Shown here piece after piece: positions 47,025-59,479 of a stretch of 64,000 bases of DNA. Within the stretch, counting starts at the first letter, position 1. Each line of letters starts with the position of its first letter. A program made the position numbers and the translations under genes. Below the pieces are notes generated by a model. That model was not told where the DNA came from, searched no databases, and saw nothing but the letters and a program-made list of their open reading frames with translations. This stretch comes from Azolla caroliniana. Lineage: Eukaryota > Plantae > Polypodiophyta. Where the stretch lies: NCBI GenBank assembly GCA_043228905.1, contig JBHGNT010000018.1:868001-932000 (forward strand), written 5' to 3'.

Positions 47025-49592
47025 ATGTCCTTTCGACGTAGAATCCCTCACAAATCTTCGTGGGCAGATCCCTGTTGGGCACCAATAAAACCAGGTTTTG
47101 GCCATGGAGATCCACGGAAGCAACTTAGCAAGGGGAACTTCAGCAACAGAGATGACGAGGAATGCTCTGCTTTTGCTTTTGTGGGCTTACTCAAGGCGTC
47201 TACCCAAAAGAAGAACCTTTCTGAAGGGTCAAGAATTCATGCTGAGATCTTGAAGAAGAATTGTTGTTTACTTGAACATAACCCACACCTAGCAACCGCT
47301 CTGATTAGAATGTATGCACAATGCGGTGAACTTGAAAAAGCAAAGGAAGTGCTTGAAGACAATTTTGAACCAAATGTGGTCTCTTGGAATGCACTCATTG
47401 CTGGGTATACCAAACATGGCCAAGTTCATGAAGCATTTAAATGTCTTGAAAAAATGCAACAAAATGGCATATATCCCGATACATTCACCTTCATTTGCAT
47501 GTTGAGGGCTTGTGGCAAATCCAAATCAATACAAAAGGGTATACTAATTCATGATGAAATTGTGGTTAGAGGTCTCCTAGGGAAAGATATCGTGCTTGGA
47601 AATGTATTGGTGGGTATGTATGCCAAATGTGGAATGCTTGGAAAGGCAGAAGAAGTGCTCGAAGAGCTACCATCTCAGGATATAGTTACTTGGAATACAC
47701 TAATTTCTGAGTATGCCCATCATGGACAAAGTCATGAAGTATTGAGATGTTTTGATCAAATGCGAACCCGGGGTCTATCTCCGGATTCAATCACATTCAT
47801 TTGCACCTTGACAGCTTGTGGTCAAATGAGAGCTATAGCAAAGGGCAAGCAAATCCATGATGAGATTGTGAGCAATGGCTTGTTGGCCAACAATGTTTTC
47901 CTTGGAACTTCTTTGATAGACATGTATGCTAAATGTGGCTTGCTACACAAAGCTCGAGGGGTGCTTGAAAGGCTTCCTGTTCGAAATGTGGTTTCATGGA
48001 ATGCTCTTGTTGCAGGCTATGCCCAACAAGGACTATGCCATGAAGCTCTGAACTGTGTTAAAGAAATGCAAAAGGATCACCTCTGTCCCAATGTAGTCAC
48101 TTTCATTTGCATTTTGAAGGCATGTGCCATCGTAGGATCTATAGAAGAGGGGAGACGAATCCATGAAGAGATTGTGAGCCAGGGTTTGTTGGGGAAGGAC
48201 ATTGTGCTAGGAAATAGTTTGGTGGATATGTATGTCAAATGTGGTATGCTTGTAAAAGCACAAGAAGTACTCAAAGAGCTTCCTGTTCGGGACAATGTTT
48301 CATGGAATGCGTTGATAGCAGGATATGCCCAGAATGGATATGATGATAATGTAATGGATTGCTTTCAACAAATGCAAAGTGAGGGTCTCTCACCTGATAC
48401 CATTACATTCACTTGCATCATACAAGTGTGTGGCAGATCGGGATACCTAGAGAAGGGAAAGCAAATCCATAATGAAATTTTGAGTATGGATTTACTGGAG
48501 AATGATATTGTCCTGGGAACTGCTTTAGTGGACATGTATGCCAAATGTGAAAATCTTGGGAAAGCGTATAAAGTGCTCGAGGAGCTTCCTCTAAGGAACG
48601 TGGTCTCGTGGTCTGCCTTAATCGCTGGACATGCCAATCAGGGTAATTGTCATTATGCACTGAACTGTTTTGAGCAAATGCAAAATGAGGGTATCTGTCC
48701 CAATGCTATCACCTTCTTGAGCATTTTGAAGGCATGTGCAACCATAGGCGCGATAGAAAGGGGTAAACAAATTCATGACGAGATTGTGAGTAGAGGTTTT
48801 CTAGAGAAGAATATTGTGCTCGGGAATGCTTTGGTTGATATGTATGCAAAATGTGGGGCCCTTGAAAAAGCACAGATAGTGCTCAACGAGCTTAATATTC
48901 GAGATGTGATATCCTGGAATGCATTGATCGCAGGGTTTGCACAACAAGGGCATGGACTTGAAGCTTTGGACTCTTTCAGAAGAATGCAAAGTGAGGGCAT
49001 TGGGCCGAATGATGTAACATTTTTAAGTGTTCTGAGTGCATGTGGTCACTCTGGCCTCTTGAATGAGGCTCAAATGGTTTTTGACAATATGACTGAAAAC
49101 TATGGTATTTTCCCTAAATTAGAGCATCAAACATGCTTGATGGTGTGTTTTGGATGCGCGGGACATTTTGATAAAGCGATATCAGTGATTAAGTCAATGC
49201 CATACTCAGATGATCCTGGGATTTGGCTTGCTCTATTGGGTTCTTGTAGAAAATGGGCAAATGTGAAGCTTGGGAGATTAGTGTTTGATCAGGTCATGCA
49301 GCTCGATAGTAGCTTTGCCACGCCTTACATTCTGATGGCTGATATTTTTGTGGCTACTGGGATGCAAGAAGATGCAAAAAAGGTTGAAGCCATGAGATTG
49401 AAGTACGTAGTGTCAAAGAAACGAGGGCATAGTATGTGGGATGATGTTGGAGAGATCGATAATCCTCCGAGTGAAGATATACTTGCAAAGTTAAAAGCTA
49501 TTTCTCTCAAAATGCCACCAGAAGGGTATTCTCCAGCACTCCTCTGGACGGCTCGAGATAGTTTGGATGGTGAAAAGGAGGATATGCTATGA
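47025..49592 (+). CDS. PLS-class pentatricopeptide repeat protein with E1/E2 and E+-like tail, no DYW deaminase (organellar RNA-editing factor type)
   Basis: 855-aa intronless ORF with repeated triplets (ALVDMYAKCG / VVSWNALIAGYAQ / TFICILKAC), then VTFLSVLSACGHSG, WLALLGSC and PYILMADIF. It ends KMPPEGYSP..EKEDML*. Confidence 0.95.
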   Translation: MSFRRRIPHKSSWADPCWAPIKPGFGHGDPRKQLSKGNFSNRDDEECSAFAFVGLLKASTQKKNLSEGSRIHAEILKKNCCLLEHNPHLATALIRMYAQCGELEKAKEVLEDNFEPNVVSWNALIAGYTKHGQVHEAFKCLEKMQQNGIYPDTFTFICMLRACGKSKSIQKGILIHDEIVVRGLLGKDIVLGNVLVGMYAKCGMLGKAEEVLEELPSQDIVTWNTLISEYAHHGQSHEVLRCFDQMRTRGLSPDSITFICTLTACGQMRAIAKGKQIHDEIVSNGLLANNVFLGTSLIDMYAKCGLLHKARGVLERLPVRNVVSWNALVAGYAQQGLCHEALNCVKEMQKDHLCPNVVTFICILKACAIVGSIEEGRRIHEEIVSQGLLGKDIVLGNSLVDMYVKCGMLVKAQEVLKELPVRDNVSWNALIAGYAQNGYDDNVMDCFQQMQSEGLSPDTITFTCIIQVCGRSGYLEKGKQIHNEILSMDLLENDIVLGTALVDMYAKCENLGKAYKVLEELPLRNVVSWSALIAGHANQGNCHYALNCFEQMQNEGICPNAITFLSILKACATIGAIERGKQIHDEIVSRGFLEKNIVLGNALVDMYAKCGALEKAQIVLNELNIRDVISWNALIAGFAQQGHGLEALDSFRRMQSEGIGPNDVTFLSVLSACGHSGLLNEAQMVFDNMTENYGIFPKLEHQTCLMVCFGCAGHFDKAISVIKSMPYSDDPGIWLALLGSCRKWANVKLGRLVFDQVMQLDSSFATPYILMADIFVATGMQEDAKKVEAMRLKYVVSKKRGHSMWDDVGEIDNPPSEDILAKLKAISLKMPPEGYSPALLWTARDSLDGEKEDML

Positions 49593-51304
49593 GCCTTTGT
49601 GACTATGGTGATAACCTGGTCATCACTTATGCTGTCAGCATGTACATGTTGGCCAATGGAACATTTCTTTGTGGTGAGTGTCATATGGCCTTGGAGTAAG
49701 CTTTACAAGGGTTTCAGAAAAGCACCACCCATTGTCCTTCACAGCCACTTATTAAGGATAAGATCAAGGTTATGTATATGACAGCATAGCATTGGTTCTG
49801 AGGAACATGCAAAAGCACTAGATTCAAGATACTTTCAAGATAGGTAAAAATTTATTGAAACAATCGCGGAAGTACCAAATATGATACAATGAGAAAAAGG
49901 ACAAACGAAGTTGGATGCATCTCTGTTGGTAAGGTTGTCCGGTGGATGCCAAAGCTCAGGTGCTCAACCCATACATTCTCAGTGGCATCTATTAAAGTAG
50001 TGCATATACTAAGACCCAGGTGCATAGGTTAGTAAAAACGTGGCTTAAGTTTCGAATTTGAGAAAAGAGAGAAAGAATCAAACAAGTACTGTATTCATTA
50101 AATTACGTTCTTACTATGAATAAGGCAGAATGCAAAGGATGGAAATGCCTAAAAGAAGAGGAATGCTTTCTATGAATTGGTAGGCCTGAAAGTAACTGAC
50201 ATGCCATTATAAGAAAGTTGTGCCTCATTATTTGATGTTGATTAGAGGTGATGTCTTCTTAAAGAACAATGATAATATGATAAAAAGAGCTAAGAAATCA
50301 TGGATTTATATGATGGCATGTCAAGATGAGAGGTGTTCTGATTATCCATTTCTAGATATCACTGACAGGAAGGTTTTGTATGCTCGGGTAACATTGCAAG
50401 ACAGAATGATGCAGTAAGCATCTTGAGTATCAACACTTTCTACAATGAAGGAGTTTGCCAATACATGTGCATAGTATTTCTCTGTAGGATATTCTCAAAG
50501 CATGGATTAGACACTATCAGGTCAGTGCCAAGTATATCTCAAATGGGGGATGGTGTATTGTTTTATCAGCGATTGATTAGTTGGCAGATGACTACTAGCA
50601 CAAGCAAAGAGATGAGCAAGTTTGTTTTTTGATGTATTTTGGGTGTATGAATTGAATTTCTTTGGAACATGATATGTGAATAGAAGTTGCCACAAAATAA
50701 GCAAGAGGAAAGTTAAAAGTCATTTACACCGATATATCTGGACAATGTCCAATAATCGATGTCTATGAAGAGATCTAGCACAAGAACAGCACAGTTTCAC
50801 AGAAAGATTTTCCAAGAAGGAATTGAGAGAAGGATGCTGATTAATGAGATAAAAACTTTGATAAAAACTTCTCAAGAGAAGTTGATTATTGGGTGGGAAA
50901 GGCAGGTTGTTTATCCATGGGAGATTCCCTGAGAGGAAATTGCAAATCGATAAGAATGAATGGAATGTTGATAATGGATAGAGTCAATGGTGTCATGAGC
51001 TGGAACTTGTCACCTTATGGATCAAACTGTCAGTATGAGAAGAGGATGTCTGAGAGGAAGTTGGGTTAGAGCAACAACTTGATTTCTCAGGAACCAATGC
51101 ATGTGTTATGTAGGTCTAGGTCCTGACGAGGTTATGGAATAATCCCATCAGTCCATCCGATGATGGCCAATACCTATATATTTCGAAGGACATATGTATA
51201 CATGTCAAGACAACAACTTTCTCATCATTTAATTGTCACCCTGCGTGCAATATTGTGTTTTCCTTGGAAATAATGTGATGGATTGTTCTTTTACAAGAGG
51301 CATT

Positions 51305-51776
51305 TAACAATCGGCAATGGTTCGGTTCAAGAGGGTCCAAACCGGTTTGGAACCGAACTGTTTACAAATGTTGAAACTTGAACCGAACCGAACCGAACAT
51401 TTTTCAAACCGTTAAACCATTAAACCGTAAAAACCGCGGGTTTGTGGTTCGGTTTCGGATTTCAACATAGGTCTAATTTTAATTTTTTAAAATTTATAAT
51501 ATTTCATTATTTAAATTTTTTAAATTTTTTAAGATGTTCCTAAAATGTGAGAATAAGGTCTAAAAATGCAAAGATTGTTTAAAAACAAATTTTAAAATTT
51601 TTTAGAATTTTTAAAATAAAAAATAAAAAATAAAAAATAAAAACCGTTAAACGGGTTAAACCACGGTTTTTGACTGTTGAAACCGAACCGAACCGTTTAA
51701 AAAAACCTAAACCTGAACCGAACAGTCGAAACCGTTAAGCCGTGGTTTCGCGGTTCGGTTCGGTTTGCGATTGTTA
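51305..51776. mobile_element. hAT-type MITE (472 bp)
   Basis: TIR TAACAATCG../..CGATTGTTA, perfect 8-bp TSD GAGGCATT (51297-51304 and 51777-51784), and many AACCG/CGGTT subterminal motifs. Confidence 0.93.
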
Positions 51777-52892
51777 GAGGCATTCCTGTAAAGCTTAACA
51801 GGTGTGCTACCAAGGCCTTTTCAGCGAATCAGCATCTTTTCACAAATACCATGCAACCACCCTTCTGTAGCTCCAAATGCATCTACATGTGATTCATTTA
51901 TTCTTGTTTTTGGCGAGTGAACTTAGTAATAGAATGATTGATGGGATTAATAACCCTTGTCATTACCCCATAGGTTCCGATGCTGGGTAAAGAATCTTTC
52001 GTCTACAGTCTCATAGAGAGGATGCACTGCAATATTTTCGTAGAGGCAATATCATGAATGATCTAAGAGGTATATGCTGGCAATGAAGGGATTATTCTTA
52101 ATATAGAGATGATAATTGAATCTAGAAAAATATTGGGGGGATGGTGTTAATGAATGGTCCACGAACATGCCGATGGAGGAGATTGTGCAGTGGAATCTAA
52201 TCACCTGGCAAGACCATTAATTATGAACTATTAGATGAATGGGCAGATTGATTAATTGTTATCATTTTGTTAAAAAAAATGTAAGCAGAGCTAATTAGCA
52301 GGAATTGAACCATGGTGGATCTCTCAAAGGAATTATAAGATTTGATTGATGAAGAATTAGAAGTATCCACCAAGAGAGTGAGGAGATCTATAGTAGTTGC
52401 AACACTGGAAGCAAGAATAAGGAAAGAAAAGAAACTCAGTTAGTAAATTTGATACATAAAATAGATGGACATAAATGAATTATAGCACGGAACATTTTGA
52501 AAGATCAAAAATGACTTATTGGGCCAAAGTGAAATATTTTCACTTAAGTGTGTGTGGAATTGAAAAGTGATTGTTGATGTGAAAGGATTTTAGTAATGAA
52601 TGTTGCAATTGATCAAAGTGCACATTGTGAGTGGCACTCTGAGGAAGGTGTGATAGGTATAAGGTGACCTCAAATGGGGATTAACGAATTGGAGCATTAG
52701 AAGAGTGTCATATAAGGATTAACGAATTGGGTGGTCCCCTTGGACATTTTGCCAAGGCTTATCCTCTCCATGGAAACATGAGGTTTAAGTTTAGTAGAAG
52801 TGCAGATGTGTAGCGCGGGTCGATGAATAGAGTCTCCTGTCGAAATGTGAGATTTATGTTGAGTGGAAGCGATAGATGAGGATTTTGGACCA

Positions 52893-52990
52893 AATTCTAA
52901 TTCTAATTCTGTCTCTTGGATACAAAGTTCAAGGGAAGAGACAGAATTAGAATTAGAATTAGAATTTTTATCGTCCATAAAGAGTGAGTG
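52893..52990 (-). mobile_element. ultra-short LINE 3' tail plus 25-bp inverted copy
   Basis: The minus strand reads CTCTTTATGGACGATAAAAATTCTAATTCTAATTCT, identical to the 25691-25720 tail. 52893-52917 is the reverse complement of 52936-52960. Confidence 0.75.
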
Positions 52991-53444
52991 AGAGAGAGAG
53001 AACCTGAACATTGTAATGTGGGCGATTGAAAATGATCTCCCGATAGTAATTATAGATTAAGCTCCATAGCTTACAGCGCAAGTCTCCAGCAGTCTCCAAG
53101 AGGAAAGTCAAGAATACGCCCATTCTCTCTGTTTCTCTTTCTCTCTCTCTCTCTCTCTGTTTCTCTCTGGGCTATTATTATGTAAACATGATTGGCAAAA
53201 GAACAAAAAGATGGGTCTTTCCTAATAGGAAATACCCAAAACTTGAGCCATAAATTATATATAAGTTATATAAGTTATATAAGTTATATAAGTTATGACC
53301 ATTCTATATGTACATATAGATTCATTCTATCCATAAAAACTCTACTCTTTTTATGTATCATCACCACAATTGATTAATAGTATGAGATGTGTGTACATAT
53401 GTGTCTCTCCATCCACCACCATCCTTCCTATATATATATATATA

Positions 53445-53534
53445 TGGTCAATGGGATGGAAGTATACCTAGATTATTAGATATATATATATATATATATC
53501 TAATAATCTAGGTATACTTCCATCCCATTGACCA
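53445..53534. repeat. perfect 90-bp palindrome centred on (TA)n
   Basis: TGGTCAATGGGATGGAAGTATACCTAGATTATTAG(AT)10CTAATAATCTAGGTATACTTCCATCCCATTGACCA. Confidence 0.95.
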
Positions 53535-55237
53535 CACACGCTCACACTCACACCCACCCACCCTTTCCCGATTCACAATTGAGTGCTGACCTTTGCAAGA
53601 CATCTGGTTTCATATATACCCCCCCTCACCCTTTCGTAATATAATGGCTCACGTTTCATGATGTGCGAAGACTTTTGTATTGCTTTGTTGTCGAAAATGA
53701 TTTGCCTTTTTTCGTTAAATATGGTTTTTGACATTATTGTTTTATCGGGGGTGCTGTGGGATTAATGGTTTTGTCACAATTGTACCAACATTTGATGTCG
53801 TTGTAAGAACATCGGATTGTAGCAATCGAACTGAAAAATAAGGACATGGTTCTCATGCCTTAACTTAGTTTTTTCGCATGGCTCAGATGCATTATGCTCA
53901 TAATCCATGCCATTTGGTCTTAAGATGAACGTGTGGATGTCCTCATAGACTCCTAACTATAACACGGATGAAAATAAAATTCATGAAAAGTGTTATTGAG
54001 TAAAAGGGGAGTTTCATTCTATTAAAAGTTTAACAATAAAAGGGACAACTTTTATGGTATGTTGACATGTGATTAAAGTGTCTGTGATTAAACATCAAGT
54101 AGGTGTGACCGAATCTCATTAATTTCATAATAATAATACTTGTCTTTCACAACCAAGTAGAGTCGTTGATAAATGGAGTAGTGGGCCTTGACAAGAACTA
54201 TGGGGCCAAGGTAGTGTCCCATGCTAAAGCAAAACATGAGGGCATACCATGTCTTCATACATTCATGCTTATTTGTGGCATAATATCCTTATTTTATGTG
54301 AGGAAGGGATTAGGATGCTTTGGGTGCATGTGCCCATATGCACCACCAAATAATAACTTATTGTGTATGTGCATTTTAATCGTTGCAAATCTAGGTTTCC
54401 TAGTGTTCTAAAATGCGTTAAACTTGTGAGGTTTCTCCTTGTTACCTAGATAATGTCTAATCACCACAACCTTTTGGGATTTGGATCGTTTTATAACACC
54501 ATACATAACCTTACAAGTTGACATTTATGGAGGGAAATTTAAAACCAATTTATTTTTAGTGGCATATAAATACTCAACCCATAGATTATACTAAAAAATT
54601 CTATTGTGCATGTACAAAACACATAAGGTCGTAGATAACATCTTGACAAGCATAGGGATATGTCTTGCAATAATCCATGCCCCAGACAAGCATATTGCAT
54701 AGGACATGGCATCTGATAAAAGAAGATTACGAATTCACAAAGAAATCGTGGTTTCTGAATTTTATAAGAGTGAAGTCGAATAAATCTGGGGTTTTTCAAA
54801 CGTTGATATGAAGTATGAAACTATTTTTACATACAAACTTGCCATTTTTCATGCCCATCCAAACTATCTTTTCTCTCATCAATAGTTTTCATGAATTGTT
54901 TGGATTGTTTCACATTTGGTTCCATTGGCAAAACAAAACGAAGAAACAATGAATGTTTTTAAACCTGTCCCACTTTTTAAATTTTCGCTACTTTTTGCAC
55001 ATTTCCTTTGGAAAGGGCAAATGTCCTGTATCTTTGTCTATCTTTCCTAATAAATGATTCAATCCTTGTATACGTGCCTTGGTATAAAGGTTTAATTTCA
55101 AATGTTTTAATACATGTGCCATATAACATCAAATCTCTCTACATCCATCAAATGTAATGTTCCTACACATCCAAGTCCCATTGGCCATGTTGTTATCTCG
55201 TGGATGTTTACATATCATCATCATCATCTCTCCCTCC

Positions 55238-55241
<4 letters not shown>

Positions 55242-55304
<63 letters not shown>
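55242..55304. repeat. (CT)n microsatellite
   Basis: Directly visible. Confidence 0.95.
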
Positions 55305-55306
<2 letters not shown>

Positions 55307-55976
55307 GTTTGTCAAATCTCAAAAATATTTGTGCCATTTTTTGTTAACTTATTGGTTGCTACTTGATTATGAAATTTAATTGGCATTTTCATTGAGTGGC
55401 TACGTAACATTTGATGTTATATCCACATAATTTATTATCAAATGGAGAGTCACTTTTCCACCATTAGTACTTTAATAAAACACAAGTTTCACAAGTTGCA
55501 ACAAATTATCATATTGTTGACATCTAATATTTAGAATGATAAATAGTCATGAAGAAGGAACTTTTCAAACCTTACTTGCAGAAAACAAGCCTTGCTATGT
55601 GCATTGAGCTGCATCAAGTTTTTAATAAAATGTTGATCAAGTATCTAGGTCAAATGGTGTCTCTTTGCCCTATAGCCAATTGGATTTGGAAAGTGTAATC
55701 AATAATCAATTGGGTTCATGACATTTACTTTGCTCATTGCTATTGGGCGTGGGAATTTAATTTAAGTTGGTATCATTTCTAATGGTGGACTAAGCTACAT
55801 GGCAAATGTGATACATTGAACGCATAGGCATAGGTTCTGCAAACATTTCTAAATTAATCTTCACAACCTTACATTTAATTTGAGGTATATTGTTGTGTTT
55901 TATCATAACTTTTACATGACCAAGGGCTTTAACTTTGACCAAGTAAATGTAGATAAGTCAAAAAATAAGCAAGGAT

Positions 55977-56001
55977 ATACATACATACATACATACATAC
56001 A

Positions 56002-56037
<36 letters not shown>

Positions 56038-56042
56038 TATAT
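55977..56042. repeat. (ATAC)n(AT)n microsatellite
   Basis: Directly visible. Confidence 0.95.
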
Positions 56043-56879
56043 GCATGAGCTTCCCCATATTCCATCACGTTGGGAAGCGCCTGTGGATACCGTACCATCC
56101 CACCATTGAAAATTATAAATTCATCTTCTAGACATATTGAATTAAAAGATTCGAGAGTTATGTTGGGGTCTCGTATAATAAGCTTGTGTTATTCAAGTTG
56201 TTCATTACATATGTGCCATGTGACCTTTTGTGGAAAGGTATAAATCCAACCCATATGCAATGTTGCATAATAGATTCTTAAAGTTTAAAGTGAATAAATT
56301 ATTTTGTAGCTAATTATATTTCTTTTAAAGAGGTTGAACTTTCCTTGACTAATTTGTTACATGAACGATATAATCATGCATCAAAGGTGACAATGGGTAG
56401 CTAAACTTGAAGAATTATATCAACATTCGTGCATCACATTGATGCAACACAATCATTTTAATTTTTATATAAAGCTATAATTGTACTCATATAATGCCAT
56501 ACTATAAAGAAATATATCATAAGCTAAAAGGTAATCAAATATATGCATGAAAATTACATTTCTCTAACAAGAATACATTTTCTTAATTAGATCATTACAA
56601 GAATAACATAATTGCGTGACCGTAAAGGGAGGGGGGCTACGTAGTTTTGCTACAAAACAAGGTGATATTTTATTCTATGTTACCAAAGGAACATATAAAA
56701 GCTTAACAAAATAACTATTTCCCGATTTGAGAGAGCTTGAGAGGCTTGAAGACTGCATCCCCTCAATTCCGGGAAATTTGGATGTTGATCATAGGCTTCA
56801 CCCTGTGGTATGTATGGAAAGCACGTTGTCTAAAGGTCTTCCAAGTTTTGGTACGCTTCCCGGAGGAATTGATCATGGA

Positions 56880-57128
56880 TATAGTGCAAGTCATGAAAAC
56901 TATGATGATATATTAAGAGGGGGCAATGACTTGAGTGTCACACTAAAGAGAAGACCTACAAGGTTGAGCTCATATGTGTATGCCTTATTCACAAATCGAG
57001 ATTTGGTGCTTCAGAGTATGAATATCCCTTCTTAGGAAGAAGACACACCAAGATAACTTTTGTACTTAGGTCCTATGGGTCAATATTGGCCTCTCTATGG
57101 ATGCTAAAAATATCTATCTATCTATCTA
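56880..57128 (+). mobile_element. 5'-truncated LINE 3' end with (TATC)n tail
   Basis: YDDILRGGNDLSVTLKRRPTRLSSYVYALFTNRDLVLQSMNIP matches the ORF end at 25500-25633, and the family stem-loop terminus follows. Confidence 0.85.
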
Positions 57129-59479
57129 ACCATCCTCGTAATGTAATTCCCTCTCTCAGCATTATAATTTACTAAAACCAATCTCCTTATACGAATCTAA
57201 CCATCGATAGAAGCAATGCTTCTTATTAATCATGCACAGTATTTTTCTAAATCCTCCCAATTGCACTCATATTCATGTACAAAAACGGTACACCTATTTT
57301 GTAATCCATTAAGCTTACAAAAGAAGAATATTACAGAAAACAATGGAATGGTTGAAGAGACTTTTCTGTTTGTCCGGCATGAATGTAGTAATTGCTCACA
57401 AATAACTTGCTATAAAAAAACATTCGTCTTCTAATCTGTCAACATCATCAATGATAACCATCAATTTTCCACAATGAAAAAACTTTCAGAAATCAATTCT
57501 GTTTTATCTTCAAAGATATATAGAAAGAAAGGGAAAGCTGTTACCAGTAACGTGCTTCAGAACATGAATTTCTAAAAGCTTTAGCTTATCTTTTTTTTAC
57601 CTTGCAACTAAAAGTCATTAGGTATGAGTCTTTTGATCTATGCCCTGTAACCTGCCATTATAGATGCTCTTCAATAATCAGCCACTCTCTTCCCAAAAAA
57701 GTTAGTATTTCCCCCATGTATCATAAGCTCAACTTATCATACAATCAACCAAAATGTCTTTACAATAACCAATCCATACTGAAGTGAAATCAGATCCATC
57801 CAATCAAACAGGTTTTCAATTTTATAGACTTTGGTGCAACCAAGTGTTACCTAGAAAGCTCCCTATTTTTCCCGCAATGAAAAGCAAAATCATGAATGTC
57901 TTACTTTTCCCACAGCAAGAATTAACAAGAAAGAGAGAAACTTACACGTAGCCAATCGGCTTCAAAATCAATGTATTGGCTCATCAGTTTTGCATTCATG
58001 CCAATCATATCCCATGGTAGAACTTCACAAACAAACTCTCTCCAGATGGCTTATTGTTTAACAAACTGATCATGTTAGATACATTAGTTACTCTCAAATT
58101 AGACATGCAAAAGAGACCAGAACACACAATATTAAATTTTTTGACTCATTAATTGCAACATATGTCAACTGTTTACATAGAAACTGCATATTGATCATAG
58201 TACTAGATGCTTGGAAACCAACATGCATACTTTTCTAAAACTCATTCTTCACCATCCCACTGTTAAGGCAGAGTGCCATGAGCTATACATCCTGATTCCT
58301 TAGAAACAGATCACTCAAAATCTCAAACATCTGCCTAGAATATTTTCAGGCGACCAGTTCTATCCAACATTTGGTAGCTAGATATTTAATTACACTCTCA
58401 GAAATATTTGGTGTTGGAGGTTCTCAACAATGATACATGAACATTTACATGAAAGACTAACTGTGATATTCTTGTGAAGGTAGACCACATTGCCGACATC
58501 TCATGTTGTATTGTCTCAGCTTAAACACTATTAATGTAGATACTTTTTACATAATCTGTGCATCAATTATGTACGATTTAGATGTTCTCATATGAAGAAG
58601 CTTTGATCACACCAGTGCTTTCTAAGAAGAAGAATGCATGAAATGGAATATTAAATTTATTAGAACTGGCAAAATCACACAGCAGCCCTCATCCCTTGAG
58701 ACCAATTCATTAGAAAACTTAAACCAGGCACCAATCCTTTCTCTTTAAGCCAAAAGATGTCCAGAAACGGAACACACAAAACAAATGAGGCCATACGAAG
58801 AGTCTTTTGTCATATAAATCATTTATGATACCGTTCATAAAAGAAAATCCCTTTCCACACATACAAAGACAACTAGCTTCTCAGCAAAGCTTGTAGAGCT
58901 GATAGACGAGAAGGAAAGGTATATATGTAGATTGCAGAAATGTGATTATGGTGGCGGTTAAAGAGAAGATGATGATGACAATCTCTGCCAATCCAACGAA
59001 CTGCTCCTTCAGCTTATTTTGCTACACTATGCACTGTATTATGTATAGCATTGAGCAATTCGTCTTTTTCCTTTTGATCGTTAATGCAGGTCTCCAATAG
59101 CAAGCTGCACAATTCTGCACATGGAGATTTGTTCTCAGCTCTCTATGATTCCCACAGAAAACTGTTTTCAGCTTGTGAATGCTCTGAAATACCCCGTCAT
59201 CATTCATGTTTCTTTATTGTCCGGAATGCCCTCTTAAGTTTTTGTTATTTCTCAAAATGTCCTTCAAATCAGTCCTGTCAGCTTTCAGGAGCAATTCTTT
59301 GTGCTGCTTGAACTACATATTGTACATGCCTCAAGTATCTGTATTTCATTCATACATCTAATGGACAAATTTTCAAGCACAATCCCATCAGACATGGCTT
59401 ATAAAATGCTTGTCCATCACTTACTTTCTCCCAGTAACTTTTGTCACAAGTTACGGAACGAAGGCCAATGTATGTTCAC

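Noticed and set aside
49900-52500. Possible highly decayed L1-like element around the 51.3-kb MITE
   Set aside because: Only a faint motif resemblance (PSKYIGI on the minus strand) and no convincing RT motif.
58980-59400. Coding-like minus-strand stretch (e.g. ELCSLLLETCINDQKEKDELLNAIH)
   Set aside because: It is interrupted by stops, with no recognisable family or splice structure. BLASTX would be needed.
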